A stretch of DNA of 64,000 nucleotides from Haliotis rubra (lineage: Eukaryota). Position numbers and translations under genes: made by a program. The notes beneath the pieces were generated by a model. The model searched no databases, was not told the origin of the DNA, and saw only the letters and a program-made list of their open reading frames with translations. The stretch spans positions 620,001-684,000 of the forward strand of contig NW_025766503.1 of NCBI RefSeq assembly GCF_003918875.1, in the 5' to 3' direction. Below, in pieces: positions 26,311-38,291 of the stretch (positions are counted from its first letter, which is position 1; the number at the start of each line of letters is the position of its first letter).

Positions 26311-26530
26311 CAATATTGGCTTCCTCCCATTGTTATTATATCATTACCTACCCCATCTGCTATGTATACCTTGTTCTGCCTCCTCAACATTGGCCTCCTT
26401 CCATTGTTATTGTATTATTACCTATCCCAGTGTTGTTGTTGTTAATCCCTTTGATGTATTGCCTCATGTTGTCTTACTTAAGCCCTGTTACATGTATATA
26501 AGTCGGTTCTGTGCTGTATTACTTTACTCT

Positions 26531-26570
26531 TGCTTGACAACGGTATAAGAAGCTATACCGAAACGTCGCA
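26531..26570 (+). ncRNA. Atypical minimal hammerhead-ribozyme-like motif (Penelope pLTR type), copy 1
   Basis: TGC-TTGACAAC-GGTATA(agaagc)TATACC-GAAACGTC-GCA, followed by AATAAAGAAGTTGTTATCCATA. The core deviates from canonical CUGANGA. Confidence 0.55.
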
Positions 26571-27279
26571 TCATAACAAATAAAGAAGTTGTTATCCATA
26601 AAGTATTATACTTTTCTATTATCCATCAACTTCTAAAATGCCAATCAAACAGATCAGTTCATACTATCGAAACGAATAAGATCCATTCATACCATGGTTC
26701 AAGGTCAATAACGGACTGAAGCAGGAATGTATCCCCCAAATTGAGGGCACTTGAGTTTCACTTGAAGCATTCTACTGGAGGTGTGAAAAATGCCAATTCA
26801 AGTCACATCTGAGGACTATCAGTTCCAAAGATCAATACGTTTTTCACATTTCGAGAGACTAATTTGGACGCAGCAGACAATAATTTTTTTTATCTGGGAG
26901 AGCTCTTAACTGAACATCTAAGTTCCGACATAAAGGCTGAAGTAGCGCCAAAATCGACTGGTAAAACACGTGGACTTTTTAATAAAAAATAAGAAAGCTT
27001 AGGTGAACTTCCCTTCATTATCGATACAAAACTCAATTATGTGTCCGGCGATGGCTTCGAGACATCAATATGTGGAACAATTGAACACTCTTGTATCAAC
27101 TCCGTCCCTCACAGGATTGAACCATGTCCTTTGGTTGCAGGAAAATATGCTCCCAATTTGGCTGTCCATCTAGTGAACATTGGAGCCGCGTCAGCTGCTG
27201 GAGACTTGAAACACAAGTTATGTTGAGAGGTATGTGTTCAGTCTGAAACACATTGATGTGGAAGAAAATGATACTTTCT

Positions 27280-27453
27280 TACAGGCATTCGAAGAACAGT
27301 AATTCCAACTACATACCATGGGCCTATGAAGAATGAATCAAACTTCCAAATAAACTTTTGGAAGCCATTGAAATCCGCTGCAACAAACATTTGATCAACA
27401 GAGACCAAGGATACTTCATACCATCTGCATATGAAGAATTAATCAAACTATAG
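27280..27453 (+). mobile_element. Penelope GIY-YIG endonuclease C-terminal fragment
   Basis: KLLEAIEIRCNKHLINRDQGYFIPSAYEELIKL*, matching the E-A-I-x-I ... NRD-x-G end of Penelope endonucleases. The last about 33 bp are duplicated 105 bp upstream. Confidence 0.75.
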
Positions 27454-27569
27454 ACTCTATCAAAGCACCCTATCAGTTTGTTGTTACTACTTAACCCCCC
27501 CTGTTTACTGGCTTCATCACCAGTGCTATTTGTTGTTCTCAGTCCCCAATTGCCCTCTTCCAAAACATG

Positions 27570-27686
27570 ACACTGATACACTGGAAATGCTCTCAAAGAG
27601 GGTGTCCAGCCACCATCAACACCAAGAATGATCTTGTGACAAAGTATAACAATGTTCACAATCATTTACCAGATGAAGCTAAGATT
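27570..27686 (+). mobile_element. FLYWCH zinc-finger fragment, likely from a Mutator-like transposase
   Basis: IHWKCSQRGCPATINTKNDLVTKYNNVHNHLPDEAK fits W-x-C-x4-C-x-A...H-N-H. Confidence 0.7.
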
Positions 27687-28057
27687 ACATACTAATTACA
27701 TTAATTATACATAAATATGTAATATGTGTATTATATGTAACCTATGCTATTTGTCATCAAATAAATGACACATGTTTTTGCAATGATATTAAATATCAGA
27801 TCAAAATATCTAAAATGTTGGACATGTGTTTGTTGCATGTACTGAATCACCTTAATGAGGGGGACCTCCTGAGGGAGCATCACTGGCAAATACTTTTGAG
27901 AAAGTCCCTGCTACTAAACAAATATTGTGGGGATTAACGGTTTGCTAGCTGCTGCACAAGTAGGAGGGCACCTTCAAATTGTGTACCACTTGTTATTCAA
28001 TTACATTCTGTTGTTAATGTTATTCTGCTGTTTGTCACAACATTCCATGTATATTTA

Positions 28058-28995
28058 GAGAATAACCAACGAGGTACGTGTGATTACGGGAAATATGCCC
28101 GAGCTGAAATAATGTTCACAGTGCCGAGCCTTGGCGAGGCAGTGAGCATTAATTTTAACGAGGGCATATTTCCCGTAATCACTCGTACCGAGTTGGTTAT
28201 TCTATTTATTTCCCATAATGTAATTTAAAAAGAAGAACCAAGAAATAAAAACCACCCGGAGACAGGACTTGTGACCTCAAACAACTGATTCGTATTCATG
28301 CTCGTATTAAATCTAACTTCTCCAGCGGTAATAACATAACTACGCTATGGAAAATAGTACATCTGTATATAAAATCGCTTTAAAATCGCTTTAAAATACA
28401 ACAAAATTATTATGTCTGGAATAATTAATTAACATTTGTTAATGTGCTAAAAATGATCTTTTAAATATATCATTGAACTTAATAACAGCTAAACATTTAT
28501 TTGATCAAGTCAGTGCGACGGAACATCGTTCATTCACGACTGACGTGTGTCTAGTGACGGGTGACGGCGTAGTGTTGAAACACACTCTGGCAAAAACCAT
28601 CCCACGAATATAAGAAACTCAACAAGTTTGAAGATTAAACAACATTTTGTTCTGTGGAAGGCGTGTTACACTCACATCACAGCAGAGTACAGCAGTTCCA
28701 AGAAGGATAACTCTAGTCGGAATCTGAGTCTATGAAATGTGTTTTTTTTTTTAAAGATTATATCGTTTAAAAAGACTACTATTTATAACGCAACTTTATT
28801 GCAAAATAATAACGTCTAATAAAAAGATTATTCATAGTCTTTAACTTTTATGTTTTCTTGTTTAAATCTCGGAATGTGTGATTACAGCACGTTCTAATTA
28901 TCAATGAAACGGTAAAAGTTGTCAATGAAATTGGATCATGAAAAGTAGTTCCGTCAACCAATCATATTTCTTCTAGCCAGTATGGGTAATAAATA
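28058..28995. mobile_element. Putative non-autonomous element with long terminal hairpin (Crypton-like by inference)
   Basis: 141-nt imperfect palindrome at 28061-28201. The right end is inferred from CCAATCA...GTAATAAATA at about 28958-28995. The family assignment is from memory only. Confidence 0.45.
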
Positions 28996-29027
28996 AGGCT
29001 TCTCACCATTTGGTTGTAGCCACCATT

Positions 29028-29067
29028 AGCTTGATACCGATGTAAGAATCAACATCGAAACGTCGCT
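29028..29067 (+). ncRNA. Atypical minimal hammerhead-ribozyme-like motif, copy 2
   Basis: AGC-TTGATACC-GATGT(aagaatca)ACATC-GAAACGTC-GCT, followed by AATAAACAAGAACTTGTCATCCATA as in copy 1. Confidence 0.5.
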
Positions 29068-30388
29068 CTATGCAATAAACAAGAACTTGTCATCCATAGA
29101 GTTGTATGTTTCATTTTTGTTGTCGTATCGTTTAGATCTCGAAACTGAGCGTTTGAAATACCCATTTAGAATATAGGCTTTGTCTAACTATTAAATTGGC
29201 ATTTTTACCATTGTTGGTATTGTTTAAAACCAAACTCATCATTCAGCTGTGAAAATATGAATGTACTACTGACTGAGAGATGAGGGATAAGATGTGGAGG
29301 AATCGTTCTTGTCGATTGTATTTTTAGGATGTGTGACAAACGGTATGTCTGACACATGGGAGACCCTTTGTCCCAACTCCCCAACCACCGCCACTGTGTG
29401 CTGGCTGATCTGGCACATGGCTCTCCGTGTATACTTGCATAAAGTTACACCTGTGTAGACAGTAAGCTATGGAACTGGTGGTGTCTCTTACAACAAACTC
29501 CAACATATACAGATACACAGATAACGCGTTACTGATGTGTGTGATGAGACATCCTGTGTATTTCACAGTCTGCCCAAACATCCGCACAGCATTATTCCCT
29601 ACCATTTAAGGCGTCATTTCAGAAAATTGAAAGAAATATACTTCAGTGTGGCCAACGAGTATTTATCAGTGGCCATTACAGACCAGTGAAATTTCTATAA
29701 CAATATCATACAGCACTAGCCAGTCACCGCTTATCATTTTCATGTACAATTTATGAAAGGTCAAAAAGAAAATGTTTGAGTACGTCAATATTTTGAGTTA
29801 GTAGTTTGGATTTAATGCCCCTTTGAACCGTTCATATGTTGTAAGTGATGAGCAAGTGTTTCAGATTGCCGGAAACAGGAGACTTATCTTTGCAGGGTAA
29901 ACCATCGCCTGCAGAAACAACGCAAGGAGTACAGTCACTGGGGTTCAGGAGCTGGCAAGATTCAAACAGACATTAACATCACTGAAAAACTATCGGAATA
30001 AAAATCAGCACGAAGCAAAGAGCCAGACTAAATTCAATCGTGCGAGATGTTACAGAAGATGTAATTAAATATCGACCTGTCCTTGTACAACACTTTATGG
30101 GAACCGGGGAAACTAAAAGTAAAACTTATTTCGGACATGTCAGGCATGGTTATTTACTTGGTAGATGACGTCATCGCTTCTGGACAGACAGTGCCTCAGA
30201 CACACTTAAACTCTCTAGAGCAGGATTCCGTGAGATTAACGTTGAAATTGTATTTGAGATAAACATCTGATACGCCTACGTACTAATGCAACATAATGGT
30301 TAATTATCCATTGTGGCTTCCGATTGCTGGACCGTCACTCATTTAGGAAATACAATACGTCATAAAGAACTTTCATAACATCATCTGG

Positions 30389-30390
<2 letters not shown>

Positions 30391-30458
<68 letters not shown>
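30391..30458. repeat. (GT)34 microsatellite with degenerate tail to about 30520
   Basis: Directly visible. Confidence 0.98.
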
Positions 30459-30461
<3 letters not shown>

Positions 30462-30519
30462 TGTACGTATGTATGTATATGTGGTGTGTGATGTGAGGGT
30501 GTGCGTGTGTGCGTGCGTG

Positions 30520-31333
30520 CGGTCGCTTGGATGGACCTAGGGAGGCTGGTGATCACACCCCATCAAGATACGTTTGACCCCTCTAGCGGTCATGTTAGGC
30601 TGACTGGAATCTGGAAATAATTCTCCTTGCCTACGCCACACTTGTGTACGACAGTCTGCGAAGTCCGGACAGTATCTCATTTCATCATTGAAATGTGCTC
30701 AAGACCCGTCCTGGTGTGCCCCATTGACGTGATCTCCAGCCGTGAGGTCGGGTCAGAAGGATGTGAATGTGTGCCCTCCGTGACCGGAGACGACCCTCAC
30801 GAAGAAAATTACGCGTGGTCTGAGTAGAAACGTTAACGGCACTGTCATTCCACAGGTCATTTCTTGTGACAGTGGTGGAAGTCACGAAGTGCTGACGTGT
30901 TGTAGCAATCATGCGAAACCTGTCTTCCCGCTCAATAGTACAACGCCGTCGACCAAATGTATGTCGCTGGGTAGCTGAACAAAACGTCTGGTATCGATTC
31001 CATGCTGACACCGAAGATGTCTGCAACGTCACGTAGTGTTGACCCAATTGCATCTGTCTAATTCATCGTTCGTCTAAAGGCTCTTTGAAGCTGAGGTGAC
31101 TCAAGAGCGTTGTGTTATCTCGGATGAGCAACGACTCTTGCACGATACATCCAGATCCAGTTCTTCAAGTACCTCGTCCACATCGTGCCCATGACAGCAT
31201 CACTCCGTCCGTTCATCACGGAGGTCCTATAAGGGTCATACAATCATTGTGTACCGGGATATTTTAATCTTTAATTGTAGGGTTTTCTTTTGATACCATC
31301 AAAACTTGATCCTTAGCAAGCTTTGAGCAGTAT
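30520..31333 (-). mobile_element. Degenerate Tc1 element, N-terminal half
   Basis: ORF 30685..31053: SVSAWNRYQTF...GRRRCTIEREDR...VNVSTQTTRNFLREGRLRSRR (paired-like HTH region). TIR-like ATACTGCTCAAAG on the minus strand at about 31333. Confidence 0.8.
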
Positions 31334-31408
31334 GTGCATAAGTGGTGTGTGCTGTAACACCCACTTACGCTAGAGGAAACAGTTTATGTGCGATTCAACC
31401 ACATTACT

Positions 31409-31579
31409 CAGTGGCGGATCCAGAAGGGGGTTCGAAACACACACACACCCCACCCACCCTTGAAAATGACTTAAGATCACATTGAAGATTTTTTTTTTGC
31501 GTTGCCGGAGCCAGTGGGGGGTTTCAGGAGTTCGAACCCCCTGTACCCCCTCCTTTCAAAATTCCTGGATCCGCCCTTG
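31409..31579. mobile_element. Short MITE (PIF/Harbinger-like termini)
   Basis: TIR CAGTGGCGGATCCAG / CTGGATCCGCCCTTG with internal GGGGGTTCG(AA) motifs. Confidence 0.75.
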
Positions 31580-33187
31580 TCACTCATTTGCTCATCTCTG
31601 TATCTTCTATAAGCCATATGATATTGTCCTCAATCCAATATCAGTTTTATATATCGGTTGTATCAAATAATCGACGGTGATGCTGTAATAGATCACTGTC
31701 AGTTGAACAATCACTGATAATCATCATTGTCCATACGTCACCCACATATTATACAACAAACACTACAGTCTCAGCTTTCTCTGAACGTATATCCTAACGA
31801 ATTGCTGAAATTAAAAAGTGCACGCGTGACGTCATATGGCTTATCGAGATGCATCTATTTTCCTCCAAGCTAAACCAAACACACTAGTTATTTACTGAGC
31901 ACCATAAACCAATCTACTTATTTTCAATTAAACAGTTTTGGGGTATTTTCCACAAAACAAACTGTTCATTGTTTTATTCATAACCAACGATTGTTCTTTT
32001 GGGGCATATTTCTGAAGAAACTTCAATTTTAGATAATCGTTTAACAACAAGACCAAAAGATATGCAGTCCATTAATATTGTATATGTTTCCGTAGAGAAT
32101 ATTCATACCCAGTAAAACGTCACGAAGATATGTTCTTGCTTCACAAATGCAACGTTCATCAATAAAATATAAAGTACTACATCAACGTTTAGAAAAATAT
32201 ATTTCTGGAACTCTGCATTATTCAATAACACATTTCCTTCCACTACGGATGACGATTGGTTTGTATATTTCCAGGACTTGGACTGTGATCCTGTAGTGTG
32301 TGATTGTGTCTATATTCGATCCTATAAGAGAACTGATTACTTTAGGCGAGCTATAGAATCTCAAAGGAAATAACATGTGTCATATTCCTAGAATGTATGC
32401 AGTGGAGTCCCGGGCAGTGTGTCATTCAACGCAGATCCTTGACCTTTCCTCCATATATGCTTTGTAGTTGTATCAGGGGGACTTTAGTTGGCTATGTCTC
32501 ATGGACTACTCGTTGGTTTATAACGCAGTGCTCGTTCCATTGGTTACGTTTGCCTATGGTGCAGTTTTTAACACTGAGCCCACACTTAGATGACTCATAG
32601 AATCTACCTTCTTGTCCCACTGATGTCTTTGTAGAAATAGCATGACCATTTGCTAAACAGATTCGACAAACTCCACTGCTAGTGGGGCAAAAGAATGATT
32701 TTGTTCATATCCTGTTTTCATTTCCTGACGTTTCTTCAAGGTGGCCTTCCTGATGGCCATTCTTTTGGTCGTGATGTTTAGCTGTATTGTATGGTTCGGA
32801 CAGTTTGAAGAAAACCATTAAGAGTACCGCATCTTGAAACGCGAAAACAAAATTATTTAATATCCTTGATTGTCCAAATGAATATTTTCAGATGTGCTAC
32901 TGTTTTCTTCACTGTTTGACGAATCAGAGAATTTAATCAAGTGACTCAATCTTCAATTTTGATTGAGTTCATTACAGCTAATATACCCAACATAATTTCC
33001 TTCACGGGGAAAGAAAGTGTTTGCGAGAAACTTTTTTACTTTTAATGTATCAACTGAATACTTTACATGGTAATGGGAACGGACGGAAACGCGGTCAATT
33101 AACGTTTTTTAGTGTAAACACCTCATCGATCAGGCTTACTGGAAAGTGAAAGTCATTGAATTAAGTTCCAAGTTGGAAGTGAAGTTA

Positions 33188-33337
33188 NNNNNNNNNNNNN
33201 NNNNNNNNNNNNNNNNNNNNNNNNNNNNNNNNNNNNNNNNNNNNNNNNNNNNNNNNNNNNNNNNNNNNNNNNNNNNNNNNNNNNNNNNNNNNNNNNNNNN
33301 NNNNNNNNNNNNNNNNNNNNNNNNNNNNNNNNNNNNN
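33188..33337. other. Assembly gap (150 N)
   Basis: Run of N. Confidence 1.
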
Positions 33338-34329
33338 TATATTGTTATTGTTCAAATGGTCAGTGAACACCGACATTGCATGGAACTAGAAATGAGTGGC
33401 GGCGCAGTTACGGGAATGGTCATAGTTGACTACTCTTGCACACTGAAATAAGACGCCACTTGGGAAATAGGGCTTGGGACTTTTATCGTAATGATGGCAG
33501 TGGGCTTAAGGCAATTAGGCACACTGAATATTGTAATACGAACTTGCCCCTGTACATTGGCGAAAACTGATTTTATTTCGGCATAAGTGCCCTGCCACGT
33601 CTTCATATTTAGCTGTTATGGCGAACATAGAGCCAGTAGTCAAAACGGAAACAACGGAAATAGTGTTGTGATTTTGCTTTTATTTTTTTAACTTTTCAAA
33701 TATTTTTCGCTTAGTAATGACGTAATCAAGCTGTTTTTTCCTGCCGTCAAATCAACCTTCACTGATTTAAACTCTCACAGTACACCAAGAATGTCCGATT
33801 TCATTGCGTGTGCACACAGCAGAGGCAAGTGACAAACAACGGCAGGCTGCAGATACATCAGGCAAAGTTTAGCTGACCCTTCTTTGGTGTTTCACATGAT
33901 TCATTGTTGATCACAATGGCTGAGAATAACAAATGAATGTAGAAAATCACGGGTCGCGATAGTTATCACTCCATCTCGACCCAGCGTTCATTTGTTTTGC
34001 TGATGCAGCATACAGTGTCTGAAATGATACTAAGTGAACTTGCAAGAAATGTTCATGTACATATTGAATTAAATATAATATAATACACATCCCCCTGGTT
34101 GACTGTTTGCTGTGTATGTACACTGAAGTGAAATCACGACATATAGCAGTTGTGTGTTGTGCCATCTTGGAGGACACCATTGCTAGCCATTTTATTACAT
34201 TGATACATATCCGTATGCCCATGACATTCGTCAAACCGCTGTCAGGAATGCGAGATCACCTGTTGGAGAGCTTTCTATGTCGTGCGAATAGCCTAGTGGT
34301 TAAAGTGCTCGGTTTCAGTTCCAAATATA

Positions 34330-35573
34330 TATACTCAGCAGCAAAAAAACCCGTCAGTACGAATTCAAAATTAGATAGGCACTCTAATGAAATCATTACA
34401 GAAATGGACATAATAAGCGGATCAAAAACATGTTTGTGTACAATATCTTGACACATCAATGAAGAACTCAGCACAATTTCAAGACATTACGTGAACGTTT
34501 GCAGTTCATTCAGACCCTTGACTTCAGTATCTAGTGGGGACCACCACGAGCGACAATAACTGCAGCGTCTATGCATGGAGTGCACCAATCGATTGATGAA
34601 GGCCATTGGCACCTGGAACCACACTCTGAGACCAAGGACCAAGGTTCTGAAACACCCCAGGACCCACTCTCTGGTTCAGGCCTATTCCACCCCATACCAT
34701 GATGCTTGCACCTCCCAATGAGTCTCTTTCCATAACACATTGGTCTGAGTAACGTTGGCCACGTCGTCGCCATATTCTTGTTCTGCCATCTGCAGTTGAT
34801 ACGCAGTACCGACTCTCATCTGTGAACAGAACAGTTCTCCATTGCCTGTATCGCTAGTGTTGGTGTTGTAGGGCAAACTGTAGACGTTCACGCCGATGAC
34901 GAGGGGTGAGGATAGGTCCACGGTAAGGTCTACGGCAAAGGAGGTTTCCGCTGTTAAGACGTCTGCGTACTGTATCAGTACTGATTGGTCTTCCGTGTGT
35001 TCCCACTGTCTGGCGTGCTGTTTCGGATACCTGCATGAAGGGATTCTGTATATGCTGTCGCACAACATGGCGGTCTTGTCGTCTTGTGGTCACCCTTTGT
35101 CTGCCAGTACGGGGGCAATCATTTGTGGTGTTGGTGGCCCGGAAACGTTGCTGCAGCCTGTAGATAGTCCGAACGTTGACCTGAAAGTGATTGGCAACGG
35201 CTTGTGCAGTGTAGCCAGTCTTCCTAGCGCCTGGTTCCTCTGAGCTGTCGTGAGTCGCGGCATCCTGCTGACGTTGTAATGTGAATGTTTCAACCAGGTT
35301 TGGGGGTGCATTTTATAGGGCTGGTCCTTGTGAACAGCACGTGCAGCATGAGTTGCATGAAAAACATGGAGAACATCGTACCATCTCCGAGATCAGGTTG
35401 TGTTTTTGAGACCATTTCCTGGGTTCCATTCTGAGTTTGGGAAGGAATGTCTTTGCTGAGGTAAAGTTGGAGATGTTGTCAAATATATACAATCAAAACA
35501 TTACATGAGTGTACAGTTATCCGTTTCTGCGAAGGAAAATTCCAAACTGACGTTTCTTTTGCTTCTTAGTATA
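34330..35573 (-). mobile_element. Internally deleted Tc1 element with both TIRs
   Basis: TIRs TATACTCAGCAGCAAAAAAACCCGTCAGT and the reverse complement of the right end, TATACTAAGAAGCAAAAGAAACGTCAGT. ATG at 35263 (MPRLTTAQRNQALGRL), TTRRQDRH, ISTDTVRRRL, IMVWGGI, ending ARGGP. The second D and E region is missing. Confidence 0.9.
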
Positions 35574-35829
35574 GTATCTTTGATATTTCATGCATCCACC
35601 GCCTTGAAAACTGGAAAAAGACCTTACACTTCATTCGCTCGCTCCCTTGTTCGCTGGGGTATATATTTCTTGATTAACTTCATTTTTTGCTAAATAGCAA
35701 ATGACACTACTTCTCTCAGCAAAGAACAATTTTAAATTAATTGGATGTTAAATAACTTCTGCCTGTATTGCGGTGCTAACCCAAAAATTCGCAGACGACT
35801 TTGCCTGGACCACCTAAATAAGATAATGA

Positions 35830-36316
35830 GTCGTTGATGGTTTCAAGTGTGCATGGGACTGCAATATCTGCCTGTTCTCGAGATCGTGTTGTACAATTGC
35901 TTGTAACACCGATCACATTGTTTTGTACCCGTCCCTCTTCTCTTCGCAACTGATATCAGAAAACATGTCATTGATATTAAGATGACAGCCAACTTTATAT
36001 CCTTTCAAATATACTGACCTTTCTCTCGGTGTCAGCAATCTCGAACATTGCATTCATGAAATCAGAGTATGGATGACCGGAATCTTGGAGCCGTTTTTTA
36101 TTGAACTGTCCATTGCTGCACATATAATTTCATTCAGCAAATCTTTCTACTAGAGAATACATAACAACAGCAGAGTGCACCACTTCCTTGACATTCCGAC
36201 CTGAAATGCACTGCCTTGTCACCTCTAATCAGGACTACTGCAACTCTCTTTATGCAAGCCTTACATCCAAATACATTCAAAATCTTCAGAGAATTCAAAA
36301 TTCGGCGACCAGATGT
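35830..36316 (+). mobile_element. L2-clade LINE RT fragment
   Basis: DDSQLYI, NLEHCIHEIRVWMT and HCLVTSNQDYCNSLYASL...LQRIQNSATR (L2 SRLDYCNSLL / LQRVQNAAAR motifs). Confidence 0.85.
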
Positions 36317-37040
36317 GCACACTCCCAAAAAATAAACACATGGGTGATATTGATGTATGAAATTTCGAATATTTTTTTCAAAATTAGTGCTTGATTGCTA
36401 TAATTTCGCCATTATAATGCTGGTTTGTGTACATGGAACAAATGCCCACAGAGCAAAATTGTATCTTCGGAAACTTAGAAAGTTTCAACATGGAGAAAAA
36501 GTGGTTCGCAATATGCAAGTGCAGATCTGAGGAATTGAGTGCCATCAGTCGGTTATGGGACCGATATCAACAAACCAATTCTGGGCAAGATCTCGGTAGA
36601 CCTCGGATTACCACTGCAGTGAAGGATAGGTACATCCGGCTACTTATTTGCGGAATGGAACTGTCGCAGGAGGAGGAGACGTTTGAGGAGACGTAAACCA
36701 TTCGTAACCAGACGAAATCAGTGACTGCCAGAGGGAATTGTTCCAGCAAGATAAGGCCCTGCCTCACACAGCACATGCCACTATTCAGTATGTTCAGACT
36801 GAGAACATCACAGTGCTTCCATGGCCTTCCAAATCGCTCAACCTCATCGAACACTTGTTGGATGACCTTGGCCGACGCTTGCGTGAACGTCAGCCGTCGC
36901 CACAGACGTTAAATCAATCACAGGCATTGCAAGAGGAATGGGCCAGAATTCCACAAGGTCGAATTCAAAGAGCTATGCAGTCCATGCCGAGACGGGGAAG
37001 ATCAGTTTTAAGGGCTCATGGTGGTCACAACAGATAAGTG
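36317..37040 (+). mobile_element. Internally deleted Tc1 element
   Basis: AISRLWDRYQQT..GRPRITTAVKDRYIRL, then ORF 36738..37037 FQQDKALPH...LPWPSKSLNLIEHLLD...SMPRR...AHGGHNR. Confidence 0.88.
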
Positions 37041-37099
37041 AAGACAACGCCCAACAAGGAACGGATGCCTTCACTTATTTAACCTTTTTAAGCTCGAGT

Positions 37100-37213
37100 T
37101 CAGACACAAACAGGGAGACATCCCAAGGCTCAGAAGCATCCAACATGAGACATCCCAGACATCAGACACAACCAGCAGTAGAAATCCCAGACATCAGACA
37201 CAACCAGCAGTAG
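37100..37213. repeat. Short outlier cluster of the 30-bp satellite
   Basis: GACATCCCAGACATCAGACACAACCAG units, about 3 degenerate copies. Confidence 0.75.
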
Positions 37214-38291
37214 ATGCTGGAGGCTAGGCACTTCGTGGATGAAATCCGAAATGTCAAATATATCACATTGATGTTGACGATATAGTTTCCCGGATTCAGC
37301 TATGTTTTGATATTAGCGTTAGAAATGACGGTTTGAACACCAGCTTGGATTGTGTACATGTAGGAGTGATCGACTTTCTTCCTCGTTTGTCTCCTTTATA
37401 TTTTCACGATAACAATTAATTTTGTTTCTTTAAAAACCTCTACAGATACCCTACATTATTCTACCGGCTACTCTTCTGGGAAAGGAAACGATTTCTTATT
37501 TCTTAAATGCATATCGCTCTGTGGCCGAAGACAAAACGCTATAATACGTGACGGTTTTCAGTTGTGTGGGCGTTAGGTGCTACTGAATTATGTAGTATAC
37601 GCATTTGGAGTTTTTCCCTCAAATTTTCGTCTGAAATGCATAGTCACATTTCTTTCGTTGTGGTCATCTACCAATTCCTGGCCCAACGTACATTTCGCTG
37701 ACAATATTGCTGACAGACCAATCCGAATGCAGGGTTCTGTAGAATTACATTGTTATGAAACACAAGCAACTGAGATAATTACCGAACATGAAAGATTATG
37801 AGGATGATTTTTCCAACATTTGAAACAGCAGATTTTCTTTCCTTACAGGAAAGGCGGGAAAGAGAAAGGCCCATTAGCCTGTGGTAATTTGTTTCAATCG
37901 TACTTCTGAACAAGAAGGTAAACATCAACATTCCTTCTGGCCTCATTTCCATTAGACTTGAAAAACATGATCTCGGCTTACATGTTGTTAATCGGTATGT
38001 TGAAGTGATATATACCAATATTTATGATTATTATGTTACCGTAGTAAAACTCATCCCACAACACATTGTTATTTCTCGAGGAAACGTGGGATGTGACAAA
38101 AGACGCATTCATGGGAATTGCTGTCTGTTGTCCAAGCCTAAGTTCAATGTGGATATATGGTGTACCCCGTCGTTATGAGAATCCGTGCATCTAAAGCCAA
38201 GAAGGTTAAGGTGGAAACAACAATGAGGGATAGAGAATAAAATCGAATTGTATCAGAAAACCTTTTTCAACCATACACCTTCATTTAATTA

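Noticed and set aside
26082-26548. Pro/Cys-rich hydrophobic ORFs
   Set aside because: Produced by the (CCCTG)n microsatellite and adjacent T-rich pLTR-like sequence.
27141-27229. Exon-like segment (TTGCAG / GAG|GTATGT) with one open frame, KICSQFGCPSSEHWSRVSCWRLETQVMLR
   Set aside because: No recognisable protein and no linkable neighbouring exon. Such signals arise by chance.
33146-33451. ORFs spanning the N run (likewise 53449-53822)
   Set aside because: Artefacts of translating through assembly gaps.
34287-34322. tRNA/SINE A-box fragment TAGCCTAGTGGTTAAAG
   Set aside because: Only about 35 bp, and no B-box is found on the other side of the adjoining Tc1 insertion. Too little to annotate.
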